Part shown: one piece after another, positions 1-15,899 of the stretch | Layout of the letters: each line of letters begins with the position of its first letter | Position numbering within the stretch: the first letter of the stretch is position 1 | From: Cercozoa sp. M6MM | Lineage: Eukaryota; Protista; Endomyxa: Ascetosporea | Assembly (NCBI GenBank): GCA_040357565.1 | Contig: JBDODJ010000034.1 | Strand: one strand, 5' to 3' | Length of the DNA stretch: 64,000 nt | The notes under the pieces: generated by a model | Seen by the model: the letters and a program-made list of their open reading frames with translations, nothing else | What the model was told of the DNA's origin: nothing | Database searches by the model: none | Translations under genes and position numbers: made by a program

Positions 1-2
1 AA

Positions 3-5
<3 letters not shown>

Positions 6-54
<49 letters not shown>
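6..54. repeat. (GT)n microsatellite, probably intronic
   Basis: Seen directly; followed by a ...ctttgcag acceptor-like site near 108. Confidence 0.9.
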
Positions 55-56
<2 letters not shown>

Positions 57-108
57 CAAAAGCTTTTTTATGCTGCTTAAGCTGGTGTTATATCTTTGCC
101 TTTGCAGG

Positions 109-460
109 CTCAGCAACGCGACAAGCGTCATCAGCGCCATCGGTGTGCTCACCAGCGCCGTCAAATTTCGTCGCAGCATTTCACCTTGCGGTGTCTCTGC
201 TTGAAAAAATCTCTAGTGGCGCAAAATCACTTGCTGTATCGTTGTGTGGGTCTTCTCCGAGTTTGACGTCCCACCTCCGCCTGTTCGAATCAAATATTGG
301 TGTAAGCATCGTGTGCAAGTACGAGAGGCCTCTTGGCACGATTCTACCACCAGGTTCGGCGGTCAAATACGATCTGGCTTCCAGCATCGTAATCTTTTTT
401 CATCAACCGACACTTAAAGCTGCCGAACTGTTACTAAGCCTCACAAGCACACCTTAACAC
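109..460 (+). CDS. Probable 3' exons of an unidentified gene entering from the left edge
   Basis: Acceptor-like ctttgcag at about 108, open frame GSATRQ...SNIG, donor gtaagc at 302; no recognisable family and strand not certain. Confidence 0.25.
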
Positions 461-722
461 CCCATGGGTCTCAATAACTGTGTTCTTTTTTACAGAAAAC
501 GGAGCGCCGAGCCAACGCAAAATTTCACACACATTTTTGTTTTTTTTGGAGGACAGCACAATGGTACAACGCTCACCGAACCATCCCAACACGAAAGGCT
601 GCCGCGGCTCCGATGCTCTGCACAATTTTGCCGTTTCGAGCGATTTTTTCGCGGCGCACGTGCCATGACGGTCGGCACAGAGTGCACACCCATTTGCGTT
701 TATCTCCTTTTCTGCTGCGAAA

Positions 723-1207
723 ATGGTCGAGACGCGAATGGGTTAATCTGTGACCGTCCGGATTGCGTGCTGTGTGCGATGCAGCATCTGGAGGCTGCTG
801 TTGTCTGTGGCCTGTTGTCCGTGGTTTTGTTGTTTTTGCGTTTTTTGCGCAATTGTGTGTTCTAGTGTTGCGCAATTGTGTGTTCTAGTGTATATGTGCG
901 CTGTTTCGTTTTTTTCTGGTGTATGTGCGCTGTTTGCAGCCGAAGGAAATCAAGGACGTTCAGGACTTCATCAAGAAGGCCACGCGCGCTGATGCCAAGT
1001 CGGTGCGTATCAAGAAGGCCAAGAAGGGCGGTGTTGTGAAGTTCAAGCTTCGCTGCTCGCGCTTCCTCTACACGCTTTCGGTCAAGGACCAGGCCAAGGC
1101 CAAGCAGCTCCAGCAGACGCTGCCGCCGGGTACTTGCGTTTATCTTTGGGTGGTGGGGCTGATGCTGATATTGCGTGTTTTCAGCTCTGACCAAGATCGA
1201 CATTTAA
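723..1207 (+). CDS. RPL38: 60S ribosomal protein eL38
   Basis: ATG 723-725, intron 726-939, exon PKEIKDVQDFIKKATRADAKSVRIKK...KFKLRCSRFLYTLSVKD..KAKQLQQTLPP, second intron, then ALTKIDI*; matches the eL38 signature. Confidence 0.97.
845..890. repeat. Exact 23-bp tandem duplication (ttgcgcaattgtgtgttctagtg x2) in RPL38 intron 1
   Basis: Seen directly. Confidence 0.9.
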
Positions 1208-1476
1208 GACGCATCGAATTGATATTCTGACACCTGTTGGATCTGCTCGCTTCGAGCTATGTGCCTGGCACATTAGGAGCACGCTCCGTCAGGTGAAGTG
1301 TGTCGTCGACTAGTCGCGTCTTTCGGCTTCTATCTTCCAGAAAATTAAAACAAAAACAACTTAATACCCAAAGACAGGTTGCTGTTAGTTCGCTAATCAT
1401 AGTGCTGCGTCAGTGGTATGGGTGAACGTCCGGTCGGAGGGAATTCCTGCAGTTTCAAGAACGATGGTTCCGGCGG

Positions 1477-2075
1477 CTAGGCACGAAAAAGGAATACTAT
1501 AGCGTACGAGAAACGACGAGAGAGTTCGTATGATGTAGCGCGTGCGCTCGTGGGCGGCTCACATATCGCTTGTTTGTCGTGCTTGTTGACTCCTTCCCCT
1601 CCAGTGCTCAGTACGCTGGTTCGGCGCTGCCTCAGAGACGTGTAGATCGTGATGGCCTCGTCTTTTTCCACAGGGACGGTGCTCTTGTCAGTCGGGAGAG
1701 GAGTGGGTCGCATGTCACGTGAGTAGCACTTAACATGCTCGAAACGTGTACGAGACGGGACTTCAATGCGTTGGTGGAGTTTCTGCAGCTGCTCTAGTGC
1801 GAACCTCTTTGCCTCGGCTTCGAAGTCCGCCTTCAGTTGCTCCTCGAGAGGCCGGTGGACAAAGCGTACATCATGCTGGCTCACCTGCGTGCCGGTTGCA
1901 GCGCGTGTTTCACTTATGAGCTGCTTTCGCCACTCCTCCAGTTGGTTTTCGTTTCGATGCATAACGCGCGTCATGGTACTATCTTCTTGCTTCTTCGCGG
2001 TGCTGTCTTCTGCACACCCAAATCAAAATCGAGATTCCACCAAGAAGCCCACCAACTTGAAGCTCAACTACCCAT
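1477..2075 (-). CDS. Hypothetical protein with a coiled-coil-like segment
   Basis: caaaATGg|gtag..gcag joins to the 165-aa ORF (MEDSTAKKQED...LEEWRKQLI...EQLKADFEAEAKRFALEQLQKL); 3' end uncertain. Confidence 0.45.
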
Positions 2076-2336
2076 TTTGATGCAGTAACGCCTGGGTGCA
2101 ACTCCACTGCTTAGAATTGACCTTTAGGAATCGAGATCCGGCATACGACGGGCTTTTCAGTTTCTTGTTTAATTTGACGACCACACAAGAAACGCTTCAG
2201 TGCAGTTCTAACGACGTTCCGGTTGGCCTGCCGGGTCAGGGCAGAATGGATAATGTATCGTATCCTATCTACACGCACAGCTGAACTTAACAATTCGATT
2301 GCGATGCATGCGATGGCGTGGCATGAACGCGAGAAC

Positions 2337-4627
2337 TCAGTCGCTCATGGGCGTGCTCTCGACGACTTCCTCGAGGCTTTCGGTTTGACTTTGCATACGC
2401 GGTCGCTTGCCCTGTTTCATAGCATGAGTGCCAGTTTCATGTCAAAATCATTCAACTTAAACATACCAGTGCCTGTCGAACGAGAGTGTTGTTGACCGAC
2501 ACAGTGCCGAGGTCCCAACTTTCATCTGACGTGGCTGCAACCAACCATTGACCCAAGAGAACAACCGAAACAATCACAGATCGTACTGATTCGCGTACCA
2601 TTGGACGTGTTGCCAGTGTGGCTGTGGTTGCGATTTGAAGTGCTGCCAGGTGGAACAGTTGTGATGCAGCGAGTGCCGCGAGTGCTGCTGGGGTTTGCGT
2701 CGTTGCTGCGATGACTCAGTTCAAAAGTGTTGTCATGTCCAGCAGCAGGCACTGAATTGTTGTTGTTGCCATTGCTGTTGTGCGACGCAAACTGCAGTGA
2801 GCCAAAGTGATGCTCGTCTGCTTGCTCTGCTCAGGTTCGAAGAGAACCATAAACAACAATCCACACAAAAAGACACACAACAACGTGTGTACCATTTTTG
2901 ACAAACACACTGGAGGCAGTGGACATGTCATCCACCGCATGCACTCGTCTCCTGTGCGACAAAGCGAATCGACATGATGTCAACACCAACAGTAACACGC
3001 ACACACCTTTTTCTGGCAGGCGTGACACTCGGTTCAAAGCGCTGCGCGCTGTTATTCGCGGCAGTGGTGCTGTTCTCGTCGTCATCGCCGCTTTCGTCCG
3101 GATCCAGGAAGCAGCACAGCAATGCGCGCACGCTGACTTCTGGCACCTCGTCATCCAGCGCGTTCATGCCGCTATCGACGTACATGTAGCCACGCATGCC
3201 TCTCCAGTAGCTACAGGCAAAAGCAGTGTAATCTAGGGCAAAGACAGGAAGAAGCGCAGGGGCCAGACAGGTACATTTGAGCCAGCTTGTTGTGCAGCTG
3301 CATGAGTTGCATCACAATGCGGACATCATTCAGCGGCAAACTCGTCTGGCCCGCACAGCCAATGCGCATTCGCTGACAGTCGTCCTTTCGAATACGCTCC
3401 TGGGTTCGCAGCACGTTCTCCTACACGCAATAAAATGAATTCTTCATATGTACCGACATGTAAAGCACAAAACATACGACTTCGCGACCTTTGGCGTCGA
3501 TCAATTTGCCCGACCTGTGCTCGGAAAGGAGGTACATGGATGCACGGAAACATAGGTGTTTGAAAGCAACGGAAACTGTGTTACTTGAGTGAAACTTTGT
3601 CGTTGAGCGCCTCGAAAATCACGGTGTGTACTTGCCTATGGAAGGCTACAAATGCGAAACTAAAACGACACGTACAATCGACCAACCAACAAAGTGTCAC
3701 ACGTTTGAATCACCATCCAGGCTGTTTAGAATGAGGCTCGGTTGAAGATGAATCGAGTTCTGCGCTTCGCTTTTCTGCCGACCAAACGTGTCTCAAAAAT
3801 ACACCAGCCATAAACAGTCTACCGCGTAGTCGCAGGAGTACTTGCCATCTTCGGTCTTGTCTTGCAACGGAATCACCATGTTTCGCCTGTGGCAAAAGCA
3901 AAGGTACCGAAATCAGTCAAAAAAGCAACTGACATACCGAATACTCGAACTGCCGCCAGTCCAGACCTCGATTTGCAACTGCTGTGTTTCCACTTGAATT
4001 GTAACGCCCTACATGAGTACGTAACAGCACGATACTAAGAGTTGCAGCTATAGTGAGGGTGTGTGAGAGTACACACCTCAGCATGACGAATGTTTCGGAA
4101 GGCACTTGTAAGTCTGTCAAAACAACACGAATTTTGAGGCAGAAACTGATATGACGCATCAGCGAGGGTACTGTTTCCCGTTCACTTGCACCACAGCATC
4201 CTAGAACAAGCATATAAACGTAGTGATCGATGCAAGGAACGAAAGCACCGAATAGTCTGTCGACAGCGAGAAATGAGCAAAAAACGTCGACGCGAACGAA
4301 ACTTCGACGAAAATCGACGGATGCGCGGCCAAGTTTACTAAACAATATAGATGCAAAAATTGGAACGCGCTTAATCCTTTCGTACCTCGCAAGTTATCCT
4401 TATGGGCATGTAGCACGAGTGATGAATCCACCTTGGCCAACTATAGAGATAGATATCTCCATTCACTCGTTTAAACGCTGCTATGAGGTACCGCATCGAG
4501 ACTCCGAGCGAAGACCTTGAGCTTCTCTTTCGAGTCGATTTCGAGTGACTGCGCAAGTACGTGTACCTTACATGAAGGATTTCACGAAAATGGCGCGAAG
4601 AAAGCCTACCGCTAGTGTGGAAGACAT
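2337..4627 (-). CDS. RAD9: Rad9-family 9-1-1 checkpoint clamp subunit
   Basis: Hand-spliced MSSTLA|SLEIDSKEKLKVFARSLDA|LAKVDSSLVL..|VNLAAHPSIFVEVSFASTFFAHFS..QVNGKQLTSAFRNIRHAEGVTI..VLRTQERI.., acidic/Ser-rich tail ending ESTPMSD*; resembles the human Rad9A N-terminus (VKVLGKAVHSLSRIGDEL..VNSSRSAYACFLFAPLFF) from memory. Confidence 0.75.
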
Positions 4628-4808
4628 CGTAAAGCCTAAAGACACCTTAAAGGCATTAACACACTGGTGCAGGTTATGATGTTCTTCAGACTGCCTGCTG
4701 CCCAGCAAAACGATCCGGCTCAAATTGTAGAGCCCCAAAAGATCTCATTGTGCCAGCGTCCGTAAAACGCACATTCACTGTGTTAGAGTGTCTGTTTTGT
4801 GTAGTATT

Positions 4809-7913
<3,105 letters not shown>

Positions 7914-8082
7914 TCGAGTACCCAAATCTGGTTTTCGTTTCGTTTATTACAATAGTATTATCGTCCGCTTCGTAACGATAGTGTCATCTCCGCACTGCGC
8001 TGCTGTAACGTATGCGCTGTTGGATTTTATTCATCACCCTGCGGACCGGCAGATTGTGTGACCCAGAACAGCATTTACCCTT

Positions 8083-8174
8083 ATGAAATCTGCCAAAACA
8101 GCCATTTTTCATCTGTTTTATAGGGCAGTAAACCTGCAAATCTGGGCGATTTCATCTGTTTTGGCAGATTTCAT
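8083..8174. repeat. 19-bp perfect inverted repeat (atgaaatctgccaaaacag / ctgttttggcagatttcat); possible MITE remnant
   Basis: Arms at 8083-8101 and 8156-8174 are exact reverse complements. Confidence 0.8.
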
Positions 8175-8687
8175 GGGGGTTTCGTCAAAACGTGCTTATT
8201 ATAAAGGGGGCGCGGCATCACATTAAACAGTAAAGTTGTATATGATTTAGACATATCCCAATGCGGAAGCAATATAGCTACACAGTTTTGATATATCCAG
8301 CTTCTCAGAGATAAGTACATTTATTTTTCGGTATCATATCTCTTACAAGTTTTTCGAAGAGATAAGTAATGGGGGGCAAGAGTAAAGGGGGGTAAAGGGG
8401 GCAGGGTATTTCTATATTTTAAAGGGGGCGAGTGGTCCGCACGAAATGGTCCGCAGTTTGTGCTAGATACGATTTTTATGTGCGCCAGCCTGTGCCAATA
8501 AAGTATCCAACTCGTTCATGGTATTAAATCCAAAATTAGTGCGTCATTTTCAATGCAACACCCTGGCCCTGAAATCAGCGTTTTTTTTTGTTTCAACTGA
8601 AAGCAAAAAGTCTCCGTGCTCGTCTTAAAGCTATATTTCTTGGCGCCTGGGTTCCTCCGGTGTTAACGGAGAAATTTGACTCGGAGA

Positions 8688-10841
8688 ATGTCCACTTGTA
8701 GTGCATTGAGAGTCTTGTCAACGCTGTTCAGTTTCGGTAAACTGAGAGAGGAATTCACTTGGGGGGGGGGGGGTCAGAACGAAAACTTGATTTATGCTAC
8801 TGTAGGAATCCCGGCCCTTTTCTTTCTTGGTCTGCAGCTCAGATACTACAGACGGCATGGATTTCTGCTGAAAGCGCGAAACCCAACCCATCAACTGAGT
8901 CAAGTTTCGGAGGTCAAACGCTCCTACGACCGACAGACGGGGAATTTCAGGCGGTTCTCAGTTTTGTATGGAGCGTGGTTATCGTGCGTGGTTTTTTACA
9001 TTGTCGACCCTTCCGGTGTTTGCTCGTTTTACAACCTGCGATGGGCGCTGACGATCCACGAAATAATGCTGTTACTCCAAGTGTATCTGTGCGCCCACTT
9101 CACTCTCGTGTATTGAGATCAATCAAAATTGAGTGTTAAATCGGTTTAAGCGTTCTGTTTGTGCCATTTTCAGACTAGCGGGAGCTTCGCAACCATTGCT
9201 GAAGACCTCAATTAAGGGAGGGTTTTGGGAAAGAACATGCCGGATTTGCATGCTCGTTCCAAAAGTAGCTGCGGTGTACATTGCCTTGACAACGACATGC
9301 CGGTTGTGTGTGCTGTGGCTGAGCGCATCGTCCAGTAGCGATATGCCCAACAATGTTACAAGAGCAGTGCATGGCTATTGGACGAGCGTCGATGGCCTCA
9401 TCTGCTCAGTGGTGTTGTTCATGGCGTGGTATCACTTTCGAAGTGTTCTGGACGCGGAAATCACGAGAGCCAGTGGTCGTGCGAGAGATGGGGTCCTGGG
9501 ATACCTGCGTCATCTCCGCACGTTTAAATCGCGCGGGCAAAACAATCGTGAGTTTAAATTTTACTGAAATAATCTGCCCATGTGACTCGTCTCGTTCTGA
9601 TTTCTCCGCGCTTTGGTGTGGTTGCAGGACAGCAGACTGAGTCACACAACAGCAACTTAGAAGTCGAAAGTGTCGACGAGTCTCACGACGACAGCGCAGT
9701 GACCGAAAATTCAGTCGCTGACGCCCATAGACTCGAGAAGGAGGTTCGTGACTTTGCTCGACGGCGAAGTATTTGGCATAAAGCGTCGCTGTATCTGACC
9801 ACTTCTATAATGAGGAAGCGAACGAGCGTTGTGACCCCTGTGACTCCGTCAAGGAAATTAAGCATAAGATCAACGCCCGAAAGGCGGGATGACAGAAAAA
9901 TTGGCACCGAAACACTCGAGAGCAACGCAATGCTGAGTCAACGTATCAGAACGCTGCACTCGATGAACTCGGCAAAGAAATCTCTGAACCTTCTGACGGT
10001 AAGTCACTCGACACCGTCAGAAACTGCACCCTAATTTATTATTGATCGAATTCCATGCACAGGGAGTGTCTGTCGCAATGTTTCTTGCAATCGCGTCCGT
10101 GCACATCACTTTGTTAGTTCAAAGTGCGAAGTCACAACGCACTTCTGGATATGGGGTAGGCGCGCGCATCTTTTCGCTGCTTCTGAGTACTGATCTAAGC
10201 GGCATTTATTTAAATTTACTGTACTATGGGGGTAGTGGTTTTCGCTCGTGTATGCGGCAATCGTGAGTCACGCAGCAGTGTGTCTTGGTTGGGACCGCAA
10301 TCGCCGGCACGAAACCTACTCGTCAGCATCACACAGAAACAGTCGCTCTCGGCTTGAGGTTTCGGGGAGAAGAAGATGCGCATCGGTGTTTGCTCCCACC
10401 AGACAAAACAATACATCGATTCGCATTGATATCACAAGGCCCAAAGAGCGAATGAACGCGCTTAATCAAAAGGTGAACGCGGATTCCAGCAAACCTCACG
10501 TGGCGACAGATGAAGAGAGCAGTGGCAGGCCCGTGGACAGTATCCTCAACAACCTCAGACAGCAAATTGTGCTGTCTCTTGTGTTGAAGGAGGTGAATTG
10601 CGAGCCTTCTCAAGGCAGCGCTAATGCGAGGTTGTCTGCACATTCTCAAAAGTCACGAACGACAGCGTCGAGCCGTTCCTCAAATAGTGCTAGGGGAAGC
10701 ACTGACGAGCGCTCAGACTCAAATGACATTGGCTCACTGGAGAATCACGAGATGTGGCGTTCCAGCGACGCCAGTCAGTTGGTCGACAGCACCGTGTTGT
10801 CACTGCCGTCAACTGAATGTAACTCCGAGTCGGTTGAGTGA
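8688..10841 (+). CDS. Multi-pass membrane protein, 7TM/GPCR-like topology with a long third loop and Ser-rich tail
   Basis: Successive + ORFs with hydrophobic helices (LIYATVGIPALFFLGLQL; FSVLYGAWLSCVVFYIVDP; VAAVYIALTTTCRLCVLW; VDGLICSVVLFMAWYHF; GVSVAMFLAIASVHITLLV); family assignment is inference. Confidence 0.55.
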
Positions 10842-11128
10842 GTGAACTCTGGCTGTCACCGCTAGGCATCGGCACCGACGTTGCATTGTTTTGCTAGTAA
10901 CGCTTGGTGTTTGCACACCACACCTCCGAGCGAGTCGTCTTCATTGGACTCGAATCAAATACCGTGCGCACCTGCACGCAACTGAACACTTGCCAGGCCC
11001 AGGCACGGCGTGGTTCTGTTCGTATCCCGTCCCGTCCGTTCGTCAAGCGAAGTGGGGCACCAGCGAACACACGAAAGTCTTCCACATCTCTCTTGGGGAT
11101 CGTCGAGCCGGTACAGTTCATCAGCAGC

Positions 11129-11226
11129 AGTTAGTTAAGTCTGCTACGCTACTAAGAAACCAGCTGTGCGGTGTAATTCCGCAGTACCAATCCTACGCTG
11201 GTGATTCCGAGTAAGTTTAGTTCAGT
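11129..11226 (+). mobile_element. Copy of the modular intergenic repeat (X'-Z...gtaagtttagttc)
   Basis: agttagttaagtc...actaagaaaccagct matches the reverse complement of 38945-38974; gtaagtttagttc matches the reverse complement of about 52724-52736. Confidence 0.55.
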
Positions 11227-11341
11227 TGCTCGCTTTGGTGCAGTCAACCCGGTGGGAAGTCAAAACTTGCCGTGCCGTGACGGACGCCAACGCAAAACTC
11301 ACACCCGACAGCGTCTGGAATGAAGTACCGGTATGCAAGCC

Positions 11342-12923
11342 CTAAGCCTGTTCCGCCTCTTCTGCGTCGAAGAAGCTCAGAGCGCGCAACTCGGCAAGCT
11401 TCCAGTCCTAAGTAGGACAAACATAGATACAAAAACGTTAGACCGACGGAGTTCAGCAACGTACGTTGTGCTTGGTAAGCGTGCGCACGAGGTCACCGAC
11501 AGACACACTACAAAATAGCACACATACACGGAGATCACCTAGTAAACAACTAAAACAAGGAAGAAACGTACACGCGGAGTGGCATCTGGGTGCCAGCACC
11601 CACCACGAACAGGTGATGTCTTCTGGCACGCGCCATCTTGATGATGCAGTCGCGAACCGTGGTACCCTCGTCGCTGACCAAGTTGTCACTCGCATGGTCC
11701 GGAATCACATCGCCATCCTATAGGCAGAACATGCGTACAAGAAACACAACACAACACTAAGGCACAGTTGATAGAACACTACATGCAGCGAGTGCAGGTA
11801 GTCGACAATGTTCTGCTGGAGCTGTTCCGCCGAGAAGTCTCCAAGAAGGAAGCGTTCAACATCATGCGCCGAAATCTTACCGACCCTGCATACACAACAT
11901 ACACGCCTTCCCCAGTAAAGCTATGCAGAACTTACATGGTGCCGGTCTGATCAACGATCGGCACAGACGCCAGCTGCTTGTTGCCGAGCAGGTTGAACGC
12001 CGACTCGGCCGACATGTCTCTCTACCAGAACTACATGTACACAAAGCCGCACACCAAGTATATGACACATGCAGAGGTACAGGCGCGTATGCGACAGGCG
12101 ACGTGCCACATGAGCCTTGCATAACCTGCGTACCACACAGAGGCACACCGATATGCACAGACAGAATATTTCAAGAAGCCGAGTTACCTGCGAGTTGAGG
12201 ACAGCGGCAGCGTTGCCTTCCTCCGGGAGCTCATCCAGGTGCTTGAACAAGAAGGTCACGATCTACGCAGCGACAGTATGTGAGGATAGCAAATGTTGTG
12301 CGCGAGTGACATGGTACATCGATCTGCGAGATGATGCCAACAACGTCGCCGGACTCATCGTCGATCACAGGGACTCGATGCACACCAGTGCCGAGAACAG
12401 CCGCAGCCGTGGCCACTGAAGCGGACAACTTCACGGGTCGGTACGGCGCGTGACGAGCCAAGGCGCGCATCGTAGCACCGGTGGTCTCACGCAGAACTTC
12501 CTGTCGACTCGCACACGTACAAAACTACGGTGAGCAAAGCATCCACGAGTACCTTCTTCTTCATCACACGCTTCAGCAAGCGGCGGATGTCGAGAAAGCC
12601 GAGTGGCTGCGAACCCTCGCGTTCAACAATCGGCGCCGATGTGATTTCCTAACGAAGAAAAAGAAAATTCAACATAAGCCTTTGCTCTAAAGCCACTCTA
12701 CCTTTTCAAGGAGCGTTCGCATGGCCTCGGCGGGCGACTGCTCCGCACGAAGCGTCACAAGCGTCTGCAGTCGCTTTTCGAGCAAATCGGCCACCGTGAA
12801 ACGGTCGAGCAGTTGAAGCACCTGCCCAAGTGACGCAACACGGCATTCATGCGCAACGAGATCAAAACACGCGGAGAGATTCATGTTAGCAAAACGTCTC
12901 TGGTTGTTACCTGGCAGGTCCAT
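11342..12923 (-). CDS. Four-CBS-domain protein (Sds23 / AMPK-gamma-like)
   Basis: Spliced CBS motifs: AMRTLLEKEITSAPIV..LGFLDIRRL; GVHRVPVIDDESGDVVGIISQIDIV; LASVPIVD..VGKISAHD; RHHLFVV..SVSVGDLVR. Confidence 0.85.
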
Positions 12924-13191
12924 TCAGACATCTTGTAGATCCGGTGCAGTGCAAGCGATCTCCGTGGTTCGCGTACGAGCCCTCGGGTGTCTGAACGAGC
13001 ACTGTTTAGTATTTTTTTAATTTTTTGTCCAGCTGCCAGCCAGCTGCCAGTTGTTGTCATAATTTAAGAGGGCGCTTTCTTTGTGCCTTTAACACGCTAA
13101 TGAAGCAGACTCGTGTGTGCCAGGGCAAGAACTTACGCTGTGACACATCTTGCGATTGTTTAAGCCGCTAGTTCGAGTATCCTGAACAAGA

Positions 13192-14851
13192 ATGTCGGTG
13201 AAGGAGATTGATCTCGACACAGAGAGCGTCCCCACGGACGTTCAAATAGGGAAAAAGCGTCCGCGCGCTCGCGTTGATCACGATGAAGTGCAAGAAATGG
13301 TACCTTTTTTAACTTGAAGTGTTTGCAGTTACAATACAACACTCGAGAAATATTGGGGTTTAGGCGGAAGAACGGTCCCACCCACGGCGTCGAGTTGACT
13401 TGGAAACCTCCGTACGCTTTTCTCTTGTGTGCTCTCCGGTTTTTAGCTACCAACTCTCGCGGTTCACAGGCACCAGAGACTCACTCAGTCACAGTAAGCA
13501 ATGACTACGTTCCATTTTCCCCGACTGAAGAGATGGAGGTCGTGCGCCTCTACGCTGATGGGATCTTTGACATGTTTCACTTTGGTCACGCGCGTGTGGT
13601 AAAGTTGCTGACTAGACACGGGGCGCCCACTTGAGTTTCTTGTATGTGCTTGTTGCTGTTGTTCAGTTCGAGCAATGCAAAAAGCTGTGGCCCGAATGGC
13701 GTGCTCGTGTACCTTGTGATTATGTATGCAACTATCCCTTGAGCTGGCACACCAAACTAAATTTGTGCTCTAGGGAGGCAAGATTGTCCTGCTGGTCGGT
13801 TGCTGCAGCGACGCGCTGACGCATTCGATGAAAGGCCGCACCGTACCCTTTGTGTCTAATCTCGGGGTTCGTTGAAAGCAAGTGCGTGTCTGCTTTCAGG
13901 TGATGAATGAAGACGAACGATACGAATCCTTGCGCCACTGTCGGTGGTAGACTGCTGTCTGTGCGTCTCAATATCTTAACTCACATGACCACTTTGTATC
14001 CAGGGTGGACGAAGTGATCCGCGACGCGCCTTGGACGCTTAACGACGACTTCCTGCGTCGGCACAATGTGCATGCGGTGGCACACGATGATGCACCGTAC
14101 GCAAGCGACGACGCTGATGATGTGTACCCTTTCTGTACCAATGTGCGGTACTCTTGGACCTGCGCGAATAAGGCATCTTGTGTGCAGCTACGCTTTCGTG
14201 AAGCGCACCGGGCGTTTCGTTCCGACGCAACGCACCGAGGGCATCTCGACTTCCGATATCATCGTACACTCTTTGTATTTCTCGAATTGCTCCTGTGCAT
14301 GCGCGCGTATGAGCACAGACGCGGATTGTGCGTGATTATGACGACTTCGTGAAACGGAACCTGCGACGCGGCATCCCACATCACGAGCTGGGCGTGTCGG
14401 CCTGGCGTGCCAACCGCATCGCCTTGGAGGACGGTGTCAAACGCAAGCTGCAGCGTGGTAACAATATTTTCGTAGAGTTCGTACTTGGTGTTGACCCCCC
14501 TCGGTGTAGCTGAGGAAAAGTATGACGAGTTTGTCGATCGTGTCCGCCAGGTATAGGTCTCACCCGCATGTCTCGTGCGTTTCACCGCTTCTTTTTTTTA
14601 GTGGATGGACGAACGTGGCAACGCGTTTGACGAGTTCACAAGCACCTTCTCTGCGCGGATGCGTCGTGGTACACTCTGATTCGGGTGACATATCCATCGC
14701 ACTGCTTAAATACGTACCTTTAGGCACCCGCCGATGGCGCGCGAATCTGAGAAACCTAGCGGCCGCCTCCTCGTCGCAATCAGTCGTGATGCTCAGCGAC
14801 GGAAGCACCGATCATTCATCTGAGCAGTCGTCATCCGAGCAGCCCAACTAA
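13192..14851 (+). CDS. PCYT1: Choline-phosphate cytidylyltransferase (CCT)
   Basis: [17 protein letters not shown] (HxGH), [69 protein letters not shown]. Confidence 0.95.
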
Positions 14852-15070
14852 ATTACCCAATTACTAAAATAGTGTTTCTGCATGAATGATCTTTAAAAAA
14901 ATCTCAACCGAACATCCCAGCGCTCCGAATACGATAATTCAGGCTAGCCTACTGTAACAGCTTGTGTGTTGGAGTTGAGAAACTACGGTACCGAGCACTC
15001 GCAGCGTGCGACCGACTAAAAAACTACATTCGTGGTCAAATTGGGACATACGCGAAGCGAGTTGTGTCAA

Positions 15071-15685
15071 ATGGTGCGCAAGAAGGTCGACTCGCGCGTG
15101 CGCATGCTCGTTGAGAACGGCGTGCTACTCAAGCAGCGCTCGTTGTTCGTGATGGTGCCAATGTTTACTTGTTCAATCGCGTTCTTTTCGAGTAGGTTTC
15201 GGAGTTTACATTGCACTTTGTGTTTTTCAGGTCGGTGACAAGGCGAAAGAGCAGGTTTCATTGGATGAAAATGTTGAACGGGCGGAGTGTGTTACTTGTA
15301 TATGTGAAGGTGCCGAATCTCTGGTACATGCTGTCACGTGCTTCGGCTGACAAGCGGCCAAACGGCGTACTGTGGTGCTACGACAAAGATCTGGGGTACC
15401 TCAACTCCAAAAAAGAATGCTATGCCCGCAGAGCGTATGTTATATCGTGCTTGGTGCGTTGTTTTTAGTTTCTCTTCGCACCGCAAGAAGCGTGCGCGTC
15501 AAATCAAGAAGGTATTGCTGTTTCTTTGTTCTGTATTTCTGGCCAGCGTTTCCAGCACTGCTGTGTCAACTTAGGATGTGCGACGTGGTCTGCGCGAGGC
15601 GGACGAGAACGACCCGTTTGAACTGTTCGTGACGGCTACAGACATTCGCTACATGTACTACAAGGTGCGTCATTCGTGCTTTCTC

Positions 15686-15738
<53 letters not shown>

Positions 15739-15838
15739 NNNNNNNNNNNNNNNNNNNNNNNNNNNNNNNNNNNNNNNNNNNNNNNNNNNNNNNNNNNNNN
15801 NNNNNNNNNNNNNNNNNNNNNNNNNNNNNNNNNNNNNN

Positions 15839-15899
<61 letters not shown>

